Part shown: positions 38,368 through 51,821 of the stretch, piece after piece
Layout: each line of letters opens with the position of its first letter
How positions within the stretch are numbered: position 1 is the first letter of the stretch
From: an uncultured Actinomycetes bacterium
GTDB taxonomy: Bacteria > Actinomycetota > Thermoleophilia > Solirubrobacterales > 70-9
Length of the DNA stretch: 64,000 bases
Direction: 5' to 3'
NCBI GenBank assembly: GCA_963841455.1
Contig: CAWJCU010000002.1
Span: 121,770-185,769, forward strand
Translations under genes and position numbers: made by a program
Notes under the pieces: model-generated
Databases searched by the model: none
The model's input: the letters and a program-made list of their open reading frames with translations, nothing else
What the model was told of the DNA's origin: nothing

Positions 38368-39654
38368 CTAGGCGGCGCCGTTGCGGCCGATGCCCTCGTA
38401 GGTGAAGCCCGCGGACCGCATCGCCGCCGGGTCGAGGAAGTTCCGTCCGTCCACGACCAGCGGATTCGCCATCCGGCCCGCGATCTCCTTCCAGTCGAGC
38501 TCATGGAACTCCGGCCACTCAGTCACCAGGATCGCCGCGTCGGCGCCCTCGAGCGCGGCCTCGGCCGAGTCGCAGAGCTCCACCGCGGGCAGTAATTCGG
38601 CGGCGGGGCGCTCGGCGACCGGGTCGTAGCCGGCGACGTTGGCCCCCTCGCCCTGGAGCCGAGCTGAGAGCACCAGGCTGGACGCTTCGCGCATGTCGTC
38701 GGTGTCCGGCTTGAAGGCGAGCCCGAGGAGCGCGATTCGCCTGCCGACCAGCGAGCCGAGGTGCTTGGTGAGCTTCCCGATGACCCGCCTCTTCTGTAGC
38801 TCGTTGACCTCGATCACCGAGTTGAGAAGCTGGAAGTGGTAGCCGGAGTTGCCGGCGAGCTGCTTGAGCGCGCTCACGTCCTTCGGGAAGCACGAGCCCC
38901 CGTAACCGATGCCCGCTCGCAGGAAGCTCGGCCCGATTCGCTTGTCGAGGCCCATGCCGCGCGCGACCTCGGCGACGTCCGCGCCAACCTCCTCGCAGAC
39001 GTTCGCGATCTCGTTGATGAACGAGATCTTCGTCGCCAGGAACGCGTTCGAGGCGAGCTTGATCATCTCGGCCGAGGCCACGTCGGTGCGCACGAGCTCG
39101 CCGCCGAGGGGGCCGTAGAGATCCTCCACCGCGTCTGCGGCCCACTCGTCGCCGGGGTCGGCGCCGATGACCACGCGGTCGGGGTGCATGAAGTCGGCGA
39201 CAGCGGTGCCCTCCTTCAGGAACTCCGGGCAGGAGACGTAGGCGAGGCTCGGCCGGTCGCGCCGGATCGCCGCCCCCGTTCCCGATGGGACGGTGCTCTT
39301 CATCACGAGCGCGTGCTCGCCGCCCTCGGGGAGCCTCTCCACCACGGCGCGCACGCGTGAGAGGTCGGCGTCGCCGGAGTACGTCGGGGGGGTGTCGACG
39401 CAGCAGAACAGCAGCCGCGCTGCGGCGAGCAGCTCGTCCATTGACGTCGTGAAGTGCAGACGGTCGCGGTTTCGCTCCAGGAGCTCCTCGATGCCCGGCT
39501 CGTGGATCGGAACCGTGCCCGCCCGCAGCGCCTCGACCTTCGCCACGTCGATGTCGAGCGCCACGACGTCGCGCCCGAGGTCCGCGAAGCATGACGCGGT
39601 GACGAGTCCGACCCAGCCCACCCCGACGACGCCGACGGCGTTTCCCTCAGCCAT
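38368..39654 (-). CDS. ugd: UDP-glucose 6-dehydrogenase
   Basis: GVGWVGLV Rossmann motif, GGSCFPKD catalytic Cys motif, 428 aa. Confidence 0.9.
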   Translation of the reverse strand: MAEGNAVGVVGVGWVGLVTASCFADLGRDVVALDIDVAKVEALRAGTVPIHEPGIEELLERNRDRLHFTTSMDELLAAARLLFCCVDTPPTYSGDADLSRVRAVVERLPEGGEHALVMKSTVPSGTGAAIRRDRPSLAYVSCPEFLKEGTAVADFMHPDRVVIGADPGDEWAADAVEDLYGPLGGELVRTDVASAEMIKLASNAFLATKISFINEIANVCEEVGADVAEVARGMGLDKRIGPSFLRAGIGYGGSCFPKDVSALKQLAGNSGYHFQLLNSVIEVNELQKRRVIGKLTKHLGSLVGRRIALLGLAFKPDTDDMREASSLVLSARLQGEGANVAGYDPVAERPAAELLPAVELCDSAEAALEGADAAILVTEWPEFHELDWKEIAGRMANPLVVDGRNFLDPAAMRSAGFTYEGIGRNGAA

Positions 39655-39663
39655 GCGGATCGC

Positions 39664-41763
39664 CTAGCCCTTCGAGTTGCGCATCGCCTCAGCCATGCCC
39701 ACCATCTGGCCCGGCGTCAGCGTCTCGAGGAGGTCGTTGTCGACCCAGTAGGAGCCCTTGTCCGTCTTCCATCCGACGAGGCGGAGCCGGCCGCTGTCCC
39801 AGAACATCTCGTAGGTGTCGCCGTTGATGGTCTGGGTGTTGGTCGGGTTGTCGAGGATCGGCGCGTCGCGCCAGTTGGTCCCGGTGAAGTCGTAGTATGC
39901 GGTGTAGCCGTATCCGTTGGTGCCGGCGGGGATCTCGGCGACGAAGGTGTAGCCGTCATAGATCGCGTCGCCCGGACCGTCGATCCGGTAGGAGTCCGAG
40001 TCGTCGGTCAGCAGCGACCCGGGGATGAGCTTCGTCGGGTAGCGGATCGGGACCTTCCCCTCGCGGCGCCACCGCGCATCGGAGAGCTTCGCCGCGTACT
40101 GCTGGCCGGAGCTCGTCGAGTCCGTGAACGCCGCTCCAGACGGCGACGTCGCGGAGCGCCCCCCCGCTCCGGGGGAGCCTCCCGTGTTATTCGCGGACTT
40201 GCCGGAGGATGAGCCACCACCGCCCGTCTCCGCCGTCGTGGACACCGGCTTTGCCCCGCCCCCGTTGCCCGGACCCAGCGTGCCTGACGGCGCCGAGTTC
40301 GAGTCGCCGAGAAAGTCACGGACCGCGGCGTGAATCGCCGTCTTGTGCGCGGTCACGTATGGGTCGGTCGGCGAGCCGATGACCGCCGGGAAGTGGATCT
40401 GCGTCACCGGCGCGCCGCCCGCCGCGGCGATGAGCTTTGCGAGGCTCAGGAGGGTCGGGAAGTCCTTGAGAGTGGGGTCCGTGCTCGTGTACTTGGCGAC
40501 GATGCGCGTGAGCGAGTTGAAGTCGTTGAGGATCTTCGTCGCCGGCACCTGCCGGCGCGCCTCACGCAGGAAGGCCTGCTGGCGGGCGGAGCGGACGAGG
40601 TCGTTGTCGTCATGGCGATAGCGCACGAACTGGAGGGCGTTGTAGCCGCACATGCGCTGGTACCCGGCATGGATGTTGATCTCCGCGTACTGGTCGAACA
40701 CGGAGAGGCCGGCGTTCGAGTGGAAGTAGTGATGGTCGACGTCGAAGTACACGCAACCGATCGAGTTGACCGCGTCCGCGAAGCCGGTGAAGTCGACGTT
40801 CACGACGTGGTTGATCTGCAGGCCGGTCAGCTGCTTCACGACCTTCGTCGTGAGCGCGGGCCCGCCGAAGGTGTAGGCGGCGTTCATCTTCCAGGGGCCG
40901 CCGTGGCCCGGGATGTCGTCGATCCTCAGGTCGCGCGGGATCGACATCATCCGGATGCCGTCGCCGGTGACGCGCAGGAGGATGGTGGTGTCGGAGCGGC
41001 CCTTGTCGCCCTCGTTCGGCCGCTTGTCCGCGCCGAGCAACAGGATCGTCTGTGGCCCCGCCGTCGGGCCGGCGAGCAGGTGCTGCACGCCCCTGATGCC
41101 GCCGAGGCGCGCGGCGAAGTCGTAGCCGAACACGAGCGTCGCCACCGCAGTCGCCGTGGCGGCGGCGACCACGATCACCACCGAGGCGGTGAGGAAGCGC
41201 AGCCAAAGACGACGCTTGGGCGGCTCGCCGACCCCGCCCGGCGAAGCCGGCGGTGGCGGCCCGCCCGGAGGCGACGGCTTCGGCGCGGCTGGCTTCTCGG
41301 CCGCAGGGGCGGGCGCCTTCGGTGCCGCCGCCGGAGGCTGTGTCGCGCCGTCCGGCGGCTGGGGCTTCGCGGGAGCGGGCGCCGTTGCGGGAGGCGGCGC
41401 CTCCTGCGCCGGGGGCTCCGCCGCTGCGGCAGCGGTGGCCGCCGCGACGCGCTGGTCGGTCTTGGTCGCGTGCGCCTCGCTGCGAGCGCGGAGCCCGGCG
41501 TGCGCCGCCTCTTGAGCCTCCTCGCGATCGGCGAGAGTGAGGGTGTCGGTCTCGATCGTCTCACCGTGAGCGGGTGCGCTCCCGCCGGGCGCCGGGGGGA
41601 GGGCGGCCTCGATCTCCTCCTCGAGCGCCGGCTCGGAAGCCTCGGCCTCGCGGTCGGACTGCTGGCGGCGCCCGGCGTAGGTGGCTGGGGGCGGGGGCGG
41701 CGGCTGCCCCTCGTGGCTCCCGTCGCCACCCTGGGGCGGCGTTGCGCCCTCGTCGGGGCTCAT
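39664..41763 (-). CDS. LytR-CpsA-Psr (LCP) family cell-wall glycopolymer ligase with long Pro/Ala-rich N-terminus
   Basis: ILLLGADKRPNEGDKGRSDTTILLRV...MSIPRDL is an LCP core. One TM segment. The N-terminus is low-complexity P/A/E-rich. Confidence 0.8.
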   Translation of the reverse strand: MSPDEGATPPQGGDGSHEGQPPPPPPATYAGRRQQSDREAEASEPALEEEIEAALPPAPGGSAPAHGETIETDTLTLADREEAQEAAHAGLRARSEAHATKTDQRVAAATAAAAAEPPAQEAPPPATAPAPAKPQPPDGATQPPAAAPKAPAPAAEKPAAPKPSPPGGPPPPASPGGVGEPPKRRLWLRFLTASVVIVVAAATATAVATLVFGYDFAARLGGIRGVQHLLAGPTAGPQTILLLGADKRPNEGDKGRSDTTILLRVTGDGIRMMSIPRDLRIDDIPGHGGPWKMNAAYTFGGPALTTKVVKQLTGLQINHVVNVDFTGFADAVNSIGCVYFDVDHHYFHSNAGLSVFDQYAEINIHAGYQRMCGYNALQFVRYRHDDNDLVRSARQQAFLREARRQVPATKILNDFNSLTRIVAKYTSTDPTLKDFPTLLSLAKLIAAAGGAPVTQIHFPAVIGSPTDPYVTAHKTAIHAAVRDFLGDSNSAPSGTLGPGNGGGAKPVSTTAETGGGGSSSGKSANNTGGSPGAGGRSATSPSGAAFTDSTSSGQQYAAKLSDARWRREGKVPIRYPTKLIPGSLLTDDSDSYRIDGPGDAIYDGYTFVAEIPAGTNGYGYTAYYDFTGTNWRDAPILDNPTNTQTINGDTYEMFWDSGRLRLVGWKTDKGSYWVDNDLLETLTPGQMVGMAEAMRNSKG

Positions 41764-42854
41764 GAGGGGCTTCCGTCGTCAGCGTGGCTGGGAACGCTCC
41801 TCACGAAGCTCGAGATGGCCTGCCTGTAGCTCGACAGCGAGGAAACCGAGACCCACTCCTCCGGGCCGTGGTGCCCGCCGCCGAGAGGACCGAACTCGAC
41901 CGCCGGGATGCCCGCGCGAAGGAACGAAACCGCGTCGGATGCGCCGTCCCGGCCAACTCCGCGAACTCCCGCGTGGAACGGAGCGGCGGCGTCACACAGC
42001 GCCCGGACGAATGCCGACTCAGGGTCAACCTGCGCCGGAGGCCTGGTGAAGGTCGACACCACGTCCACCCCGTCGACGCCGGACACCTCGGACAGGATCG
42101 CGCTGGGCTCCTGATCGGGCAGGTAGCGCACGTCGACGTCGATGACACACCTGTCAGGCACCTTGTTGAGGGCGTCTCCGCCCAAGATCCGGCCGAGGTT
42201 GATCGACGGCCGATCGAACAGCTCCGAGCTCTGCTCCGCAAACGGTAGCGATTCGATCTCGCGGAAAACCTCGATCGCGCGGAGGATCGCGTTCTCCCCC
42301 AGCCACGGCGTGGCGCCATGTGCGGCCCGGCCCTCGACCAGGATCCGCATCGCGAAAACGCCCTTCGCGGCGACGCCCACGTACATGTCGGTCGGCTCCC
42401 CGGTGATCGCGAAGTCGCCCACGAAGCCCTGCTGGACCAGAAGCTCCCCGCCACGATCGGACTCCTCCTCGGATTCCTCGTCGGGAACGATGCCGAGACG
42501 AACCCGCACCTCATCCTGGTCGCGCAGGTCGGTGAGCACCAGCATGAGCGAGGCCAGGGCCCCCTTCATGTCATAGGCGCCGCGAGCGAAGAGTTTGTCG
42601 CCGTCGAGCCGCGGCTCGAACTGCTCGGCGTGACCAGGTACGACGTCGAGGTGTCCGTGGAGGAGGACGGTGTGGGGCGCCTCGGGAGGGCCGACATCGG
42701 CCACCAAGACCGGCAGCCCGCGGATCTCGAGCTCGTGAGTGGTGATCTCCCGCGCCTCGAGCCAGCCCTGAACGAACCCAGCACAGTTGCGGATGCCCTC
42801 GTCGTTCGAGCTGTCGTAGGCGACGAGCTTCTCGGTCAGCAGGCGTTCGTCCAT
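41760..42854 (-). CDS. M20-family metallopeptidase (ArgE/DapE-like)
   Basis: LLHGHLDVVP and ARGAYDMKG motifs. The stop overlaps the LCP start (ATGA). Confidence 0.8.
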   Translation of the reverse strand: MDERLLTEKLVAYDSSNDEGIRNCAGFVQGWLEAREITTHELEIRGLPVLVADVGPPEAPHTVLLHGHLDVVPGHAEQFEPRLDGDKLFARGAYDMKGALASLMLVLTDLRDQDEVRVRLGIVPDEESEEESDRGGELLVQQGFVGDFAITGEPTDMYVGVAAKGVFAMRILVEGRAAHGATPWLGENAILRAIEVFREIESLPFAEQSSELFDRPSINLGRILGGDALNKVPDRCVIDVDVRYLPDQEPSAILSEVSGVDGVDVVSTFTRPPAQVDPESAFVRALCDAAAPFHAGVRGVGRDGASDAVSFLRAGIPAVEFGPLGGGHHGPEEWVSVSSLSSYRQAISSFVRSVPSHADDGSPS

Positions 42855-42886
42855 GCGCCCAAGCGTATTGCGGCAGTGTCCCCGCG

Positions 42887-43300
42887 CTAGCGGTTCTCGG
42901 CGATTCCGATGAATGCCTTGGCGCGCGCCAGGTCCTGCTCGGCCTGCTGCCGGGCCTCGGAGTCCGTGTCCGCCTCCTTCAGCCGCTGCTCGGCCTCGGA
43001 AAGGCGCTCGTTGAGGTCGCTCACGTCGAGCGAGTCGATCTCGATGGCCTCCGCGATCAGCACCCGCGCCTCATTCGCGAAGACCTCGAGCCAGCCGTGA
43101 CCCTGCGCATAGCGAATCGTCTCGCTGTCGGAGACGTGCAGCCGAAGCTCGGCCGGGACAAGGCGGGCGAGCATCGGCGCATGGTGGGCGAGGATTCCGA
43201 CCTCGCCGACGCCGGTCCGGGTGGAGACCTGCTCGACCTCCCCGTCGTAGACCTCCCCCTCGGGGGTCAGGACCTGGGCGTGGAACGCTGGATGCGCCAA
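42887..43300 (-). CDS. atpC: F0F1 ATP synthase subunit epsilon
   Basis: Position after atpD, 137 aa, typical beta-sandwich plus helical hairpin sequence. Confidence 0.9.
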   Translation of the reverse strand: MAHPAFHAQVLTPEGEVYDGEVEQVSTRTGVGEVGILAHHAPMLARLVPAELRLHVSDSETIRYAQGHGWLEVFANEARVLIAEAIEIDSLDVSDLNERLSEAEQRLKEADTDSEARQQAEQDLARAKAFIGIAENR

Positions 43301-43311
43301 GTCGACCGCGC

Positions 43312-44742
<1,431 letters not shown>

Positions 44743-44745
44743 CTA

Positions 44746-45662
44746 CTAGCCGAGGGCCTCGGCCCCGGCGACGACTTCCAAGATTTCCTGCGTGATCTCC
44801 GCCTGGCGGACGCGGTTCATCTCGAGCGTCAGCCGGCCGATCATGTCGTTCGCGTTCTCGGCCGCGTTTCGCATCGCCGTCATCCGGGCGCCGTGCTCCG
44901 ACGCGGCGGACTCGAGCAGCGCGCGGTAGACCGAGACGTCGACGTACTCCTCGAAGAGCTCTTCGAGGATCAGCTCGGCGTCTGGCTCGTACACCCAGAG
45001 CGCCTTTTGGTGCGCCTCGGCGAGCTCGGCGTCCTCCGGCTCGTGCGCCTCCGAGACGCCCTCGCCGAAGACCTCCGCTTCGTCGAGCGGTAGGAGCCGC
45101 TGACGCCGGACGTATTGCGTGAGGGGCGAGACGAAGCGGTTGTAGACGATGTCGACGTGATCGACCTCGCCGTCGTTGAAGGCGGTGATGAGGTCGCGGG
45201 AGATCTTGCGCGCGTCGGTGAAGGCCGGCCGATCGGTGAAGCCGACGTACGAGTTGACCAGCTCCTCGCCCCGAAACCGCATCGTTGAGCTTCCGCGCCG
45301 GCCGACCACCGAGTACTGGACCGTCGCCCCCTCACCCGCCAGCTCGCGCTTGAGCCGCATGCCCTCGCGGATGATCTGGGTGTTGAAGGAGCCGGCGAGG
45401 CCGCGGTCACCGGTGACCAGGAGTACGGCGACGTCGTCGACCACCTCGCGCCGCTCCAGGAGCGGCACGCCCTCCACGTGCTCCGGCGCCGCATCGGCCA
45501 CCTGGCGCGTGAGCTCCCGGATCGCCTGTGCGTAGGGCCGCAGGGCCTCGATCCGCTGCTCGGCGCGCCGCAGGCGCGCGGCGGCGACCATCTCCATCGC
45601 GCGCGTGATCTTGTGGATGTTCTTGACGGACGAGATCCGGTTCTTGACCTCCTTCTGAGTGG

Positions 45663-45666
<4 letters not shown>
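44746..45666 (-). CDS. atpG: F0F1 ATP synthase subunit gamma (non-canonical AUA at the position of the start)
   Basis: ORF track 44746..45597 starts at MEMVAAARL. The same frame upstream reads (I)[22 protein letters not shown], the conserved gamma N-terminus. No ATG/GTG/TTG is present; ATA at 45664-45666 sits 7 nt after GAGGAGG. Confidence 0.85.
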
Positions 45667-47330
<1,664 letters not shown>

Positions 47331-47380
47331 CTAGCTGGGCTCCCTCGTCTTCCTCATTCGCATTGGTCCAGGAACGCTAG

Positions 47381-47442
47381 TCACTTGCGGCGGCTACGCC
47401 GCCTTACATGCCTCCTTCGTGGCTAAAGCCACTCACCGCCAT
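47381..47442 (-). repeat. two-hairpin intergenic element, copy A (atpH|atpA spacer)
   Basis: RNA sense: AUGGCGGUGAGUGGCUUUAGCCACGAAGGAGGCAUGUAAGGCGGCGUAGCCGCCGCAAGUGA. hp1 is GUGGC/GCCAC and hp2 is GGCGGC/GCCGCC. Confidence 0.8.
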
Positions 47443-47979
47443 CTATGCCGCCTGTGCGACCTCACGCCGCACGCGCTCGAGCTTGCTCCGCACGCTGGCG
47501 TCGAAGATCATGTTGCCGACCCGCAGGACCAGGCCGCCGAGGACGTCCTCATCGACCACGGCTTGGAGGTCGATCTCGCGGCCGGTGCGCTTTTCGATCT
47601 CGCCGCCGATCCGCTTCAGGAGCTCGTCGTCGAGCTCGATCGCGCTCGTCACGGTCACCTCGAGGCGCTTGCGGGCCTCGGCCCACAGCTCGTCGAAGAT
47701 GCTGCGGATGGTGAAGATCGCCGGCATTCGGTGCTTCTCCGCCAGCAGCTCGAGGAAGTTCACGAGCTCCGGCTCGGCGCCAACGAACGCCTTCGAGATC
47801 CCCTCACCCTTCTCCGTCGAGGTGAAGTAGGGGCTGAAGAAGAACACCTGCAGCTCGCGGTGCTCACTCAGGGCATCGACGACCTGGTCGAGCTGCTCGT
47901 GGATCTCGTCGAGCTTCCCGTTCTCCTGGGCGACCTCGAAGAGGGCGTCGGCGTAGACCCTGGAGATCTCCTCCAGCAA
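47443..47979 (-). CDS. atpH: F0F1 ATP synthase subunit delta
   Basis: OSCP-like 178-aa ORF between atpF and atpA. Confidence 0.85.
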   Translation of the reverse strand: MLEEISRVYADALFEVAQENGKLDEIHEQLDQVVDALSEHRELQVFFFSPYFTSTEKGEGISKAFVGAEPELVNFLELLAEKHRMPAIFTIRSIFDELWAEARKRLEVTVTSAIELDDELLKRIGGEIEKRTGREIDLQAVVDEDVLGGLVLRVGNMIFDASVRSKLERVRREVAQAA

Positions 47980-48561
47980 CTAGCTCGCCTCCTCCGCCTC
48001 GGAGCCGGCCAGGGCCGAGAAGTCGACCTCCGAGAGCGCGTCCTCGATCAGGCGGCGCTGGTCGTCGGCGTCGAGGGCCTTCCGCGTGACCTTCTCGGTG
48101 GCGAGGACCGTGAGGTCCGCGACCTCCTGGCGGATCTTGTCGAGCGAGCGCTTGGTCTCGAGCTCGATGTCGCGCCGCGCGGCCCCAACCAGCTCCTCGC
48201 GCTTCTCCTTGCCCGCGGCAGCCGCCTCGGTGAGGGCGGCCTCCGACGCCTTGCGGCTCCGGGCCACGATCTCGTCGGCCTGATTGCGTGCCTCGGCCAG
48301 TCGCTTGCGGTAGTCGGCGAGCAGCTCGTCGGCCTCCTTGCGCTGCCGCTCCGCGGCCTCGATGTTCTCGCGGATCGCATTCGCGCGCTTGTCGAGCTCG
48401 GCCTGGATTCGCGGCAGCGCCGCGCGGCCGAGCACGAACATCGTGACGCCGAAGACGATCAGCGTCCAGATCATCAGCCCGAGAGCGGGCGAGACGAGGA
48501 AGCTGCCGCTGTCCGACGAGGCCAGCGGCAGAAGCCCGGTGATGTCCGGGAGCGGGATCAA
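47980..48561 (-). CDS. atpF: F0F1 ATP synthase subunit b
   Basis: One TM segment plus a long charged helix. The TTG start overlaps the atpE stop (TTGA). Confidence 0.85.
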   Translation of the reverse strand: MIPLPDITGLLPLASSDSGSFLVSPALGLMIWTLIVFGVTMFVLGRAALPRIQAELDKRANAIRENIEAAERQRKEADELLADYRKRLAEARNQADEIVARSRKASEAALTEAAAAGKEKREELVGAARRDIELETKRSLDKIRQEVADLTVLATEKVTRKALDADDQRRLIEDALSEVDFSALAGSEAEEAS

Positions 48562-48836
48562 CTCGGCGTCAGGAAGTAGGCGATGAGGCCGAAGATGAAC
48601 GTGTAGAAGGCGACGGCCTCGGTCAGGGCGAAGCCGAGCCAGCGGATCGCCTGGAGCTCGCCCTTCATCTCGGGCTGCCGGGCGACCGACTCGATCTCCT
48701 TGCCGAAGATAAACCCGATGCCGATTCCGGCTCCGATCGAGCCGAGCCCGGCGCCGACGCCCAGCGCGATCGCCTTTCCGGCGTTTGCGACGCCGGTGTC
48801 GGTGACGCCTGCGGCGAGAGTGAGTGGATCAACCAT
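48558..48836 (-). CDS. atpE: F0F1 ATP synthase subunit c
   Basis: Two-TM hairpin, ARQPE loop, LGFALTEA carboxylate helix. Confidence 0.92.
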   Translation of the reverse strand: MVDPLTLAAGVTDTGVANAGKAIALGVGAGLGSIGAGIGIGFIFGKEIESVARQPEMKGELQAIRWLGFALTEAVAFYTFIFGLIAYFLTPS

Positions 48837-48860
48837 GGGATCTCCTGTCTTTCTGGTGTC

Positions 48861-49770
48861 TCAATGGCTCGATGCGGTGGCCGCGCCCAGATAGATCGCG
48901 GCCAGGATCGAGAAGATGAACGCCTGAAGGGTCGCGATAAGCACGACCTCGAAGATGAAGAACGCGAACGCCATCGGGAAGGTGATGGCGCCGAGGGCCG
49001 CCACGCCGAGCAGCACGGCGAGGCCGCCGGCCATGAAGAGGATCAGGAGGTGGCCCGCGAGGATGTTTGCGAAGAGCCGCACCGAGAGCGAGATCAGGCG
49101 CACGAAATGCGAGATCACCTCGATCATGAAGATCGCTGCCTTGCCGAAGACGTTCATGTCCTCGAGCCCGGGCGGCAGCCAGCTGCGGAAGTAGGGGATC
49201 ACGCCCTGCGCGCGGATCCCCTGGACGTTGTAGCTGATCCAGACCACGAGGGTGAGGACCAGCGGGATCGAGATGTTCGCCGTCGCCGCGTAGATCGCGA
49301 AGCTCGGCACCTCGAGCCCGAAGATGTCGATCGTCTCGGCGCTGTTGGTCGGCAGCGGGATGTAGCCGAGCATGTTCGAGAACCAGATGAAGAAGAAGAG
49401 AGTCGCGACGAACGGGAACCAGCGCGCGACCATCCCCGGCTCCAGGTTGTCGCCGGTGATCGTGTTGCGGGTCAGGTCGTAGGCGAGCTCCATCGCGGTC
49501 TGGATGCGGTTCGGCTTCTGCTCCATGCGGCGCGCGATCCAGGTCAGGGTGAAGATCGTGAGACCGGCCGCGAGCACCAGGTAGAGCACGGCGCGATTGA
49601 TGCTGAGGTCGATGCCGGCGATGTTGATCGGCACCCACGACTCGAGCTTGAACTCGTTCTGCGGCTTGAACTCGTCGTTCTTCCCGGCGCTGCCGAAGAT
49701 GACCAGCAGCAGGATCACCACGAGCGAAGTAGATGCCGCCGATCAGCAGCAGCTTGCGCTTCGTGCTCAT
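48861..49770 (-). CDS. atpB: F0F1 ATP synthase subunit a (one apparent N-terminal frameshift)
   Basis: The body is ORF 48861..49721 (LSVRLFANILAGH motif). The ATG at 49770 overlaps the atpI-like stop (ATGA) and encodes MSTKRKLLLIGGIYFA in the adjacent frame. This joins naturally to VVILLLVIFGSAGK. Confidence 0.85.
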
Positions 49771-50216
49771 GCCTTATTCCCTTCGGGCTGGGACCACACG
49801 TGAATGATCGCCCGGCTCCCGAGCGAGACCGTGACGAGGACCAGCGAGAGGACGGCGGCCGAGAGGCCGGCCTCCCGGCTCCCGAGCAGCCCTACGAGAA
49901 GGATCGCGAGGGTCACGAGCCACAGGCGCCCGAGGATTGAGGCCGCGAGCATGCCGAGGGCGTTTCGCCGGCCGCCCGACGCGAGCTGCTTGCGTGCCCC
50001 GCGCTCGGCAACGAACTGGATGCCGCGCTGGGCGAGCCAGGCCGCGGCGGCGGCGGCGTATCCGAGCATCGACGCCCCGATGAGCAGGAAGACCGGAAGA
50101 GCGATCGCCAGGACCGCCAGGTCCGCGTAGCCGAGGGCCGCTAGCGCGCGCGACCCCGAGTCGCTGCGGCTCGGCGCCCCGCTAGACCCCTCTAAAGCGA
50201 GCGTGGACAACGGCAA
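49767..50216 (-). CDS. ATP synthase I-like membrane protein
   Basis: 149-aa ORF with four hydrophobic segments, immediately upstream of atpB. Confidence 0.55.
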   Translation of the reverse strand: MPLSTLALEGSSGAPSRSDSGSRALAALGYADLAVLAIALPVFLLIGASMLGYAAAAAAWLAQRGIQFVAERGARKQLASGGRRNALGMLAASILGRLWLVTLAILLVGLLGSREAGLSAAVLSLVLVTVSLGSRAIIHVWSQPEGNKA

Positions 50217-50379
50217 ACCCCACGACGAGGCCCGCGAACAGCCCGCCCAGGCCGAGCGGCACCGCAGCCCCCAGCAGCGAGCCGATCCCGTACCCGGCTG
50301 CCGCGCACCCGACGATCGACGCGATCATCAGCGCTCCGGCGACGGCGGCATCGGCTCTCCCTGGCGGGCTCTCGGTCAC
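50182..50379 (-). CDS. AtpZ/ATPase_gene1-like small membrane protein
   Basis: 65-aa two-TM ORF at the head of the atp operon. Confidence 0.55.
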   Translation of the reverse strand: MTESPPGRADAAVAGALMIASIVGCAAAGYGIGSLLGAAVPLGLGGLFAGLVVGFAVVHARFRGV

Positions 50380-50430
50380 CGGGGATGTCGAACTCCGGGC
50401 CCATGGGACGGACAGCCGCTCGACCGCAAA

Positions 50431-50490
50431 TCAGTTGCGGCGCCTTCGGCGCCTTACATGCTGCTTTCGGGGCAAGCCCCTCACCACCAT
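50431..50490 (-). repeat. two-hairpin intergenic element, copy B (wecA-like|atpZ spacer)
   Basis: RNA sense: AUGGUGGUGAGGGGCUUGCCCCGAAAGCAGCAUGUAAGGCGCCGAAGGCGCCGCAACUGA. hp1 is GGGG(CUUG)CCCC and hp2 is GGCGCC/GGCGCC. Confidence 0.8.
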
Positions 50491-50533
50491 GACTGCCGAG
50501 CGGGGCGGCGAATATATCCGACGCAGGCCGCTG

Positions 50534-51817
50534 TTAGGGGTCGCGCACCGCCTCGAACTCGCCCGTCTCCGGGTCAAGGACCTCGAGCTCGCCGCTCGAC
50601 GGGTCGACGACGGCGAAGGTTCCCGTCTCGAGCTCGCGCGCGACGCCCTCGTCGACGGCCTCCGGCGGCAGGGCCTTCGCCACCCGGAAAAGCTCACGCG
50701 CCCGCTCGCCGCGCAGCTTGAGGATCTCGAGCACCACGACCAGGTAGACGCTCGCGGCGAGGGCGGCGAGCGCGAAGAGGCCGATCACGATTGTCCAGAG
50801 GGCGTCGAAGTGCCCGTGGTTGTCCGAGTACGGCACGAAGCGCAGCGCCAGCGCCAGCGCCGCCAGGATCAGCACCCACCCGTAGAGGTAGGCGAGCGTC
50901 CGGCGCTGGGAGAAGCCGATGTTGGTCATCCGGTGGTGAAAGTGCCAGCGATCGGCCTTGTGGATCGGCTGGCGATACTTGATCCGCTTCGCCACGACGA
51001 AGCCGGTGTCGAGGATCGGCACCGCGAGCACGATCAGCGGGAAGAACAGGGCGACGACCGCGTTCGTCTTGAGCGCGCCCTCGATGGCGATCGCGCCCAG
51101 GAGGTAGCCGAGAAGGCCGGATCCGGTGTCGCCCATGAAGCTCCGGGCCGGCGGGAAGCCATGGCGCAGGAACCCGAGCGCGCCGCCCGCGGCGATCGCG
51201 GCGAGCACGCCGGCGCCGGTTCGCTCGAGGGACAGGGCGATGATGGCCATCGTCACTCCCGAAATGGCGCACACACCGGCGGCGAGGCCGTCGACACCGT
51301 CGGTGAAGTTGATGACGTTGATCACCGCGACGATGCCGAGGATCGTCAGCAGGTGGCTCAGCTCGACCTGCCCGAGCGTCGGCAGGTTCACGATGTCGAC
51401 GGTGTTCGGGTTGACGCCGCCGATGAACGGAAGGGTGAAGGCGCCGACCCGAACTCCGTTGAAGACCGGGATCGCCACGATCACGATCTGGCCGAGCAGC
51501 TTGATCGGCGCGCTCAGCTCGAAGACGTCGTCGAGCACGCCGAGCAGGGCGATTCCCACCGCCCCGGCGAGGATGGCCCGCGTGATCGGCGCCAGCGGGA
51601 GGAAGAGAAGGCCGCAGACGACGACCGCGACGAGGATCGCGAGCCCGCCGAGACGCGGGGTGGGGATCGTGTGCAGGCTGCGCTCGTTCGGGTAGTCGAT
51701 CGCGCCGATCCTCTGGGCGAGGCTCTCCGTCGCCGGCACGAGCGCCCAGCTGATCACGGTCGCCAGCACGAACGCGTAGAGGGCGAAGATCGCCTGCGGG
51801 TTGCCGTTGACGAGCAT
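50534..51817 (-). CDS. wecA: glycosyltransferase family 4 (MraY/WecA-like undecaprenyl-phosphate sugar-1-P transferase)
   Basis: NFTDGVDGLAAG motif, about 11 TM segments, and position upstream of the atp operon as for rfe in mycobacteria. It has an extra acidic C-terminal tail of about 80 aa. Confidence 0.85.
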   Translation of the reverse strand: MLVNGNPQAIFALYAFVLATVISWALVPATESLAQRIGAIDYPNERSLHTIPTPRLGGLAILVAVVVCGLLFLPLAPITRAILAGAVGIALLGVLDDVFELSAPIKLLGQIVIVAIPVFNGVRVGAFTLPFIGGVNPNTVDIVNLPTLGQVELSHLLTILGIVAVINVINFTDGVDGLAAGVCAISGVTMAIIALSLERTGAGVLAAIAAGGALGFLRHGFPPARSFMGDTGSGLLGYLLGAIAIEGALKTNAVVALFFPLIVLAVPILDTGFVVAKRIKYRQPIHKADRWHFHHRMTNIGFSQRRTLAYLYGWVLILAALALALRFVPYSDNHGHFDALWTIVIGLFALAALAASVYLVVVLEILKLRGERARELFRVAKALPPEAVDEGVARELETGTFAVVDPSSGELEVLDPETGEFEAVRDP

Positions 51818-51821
51818 TAGG

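Noticed and set aside
41150-41730. Possible tandem repeat or CRISPR-like periodicity in a GC-rich repetitive stretch
   Set aside because: It is the Pro/Ala-rich low-complexity N-terminus of the LCP protein. There are no unit repeats with unique spacers, and no CRISPR array anywhere in the window.
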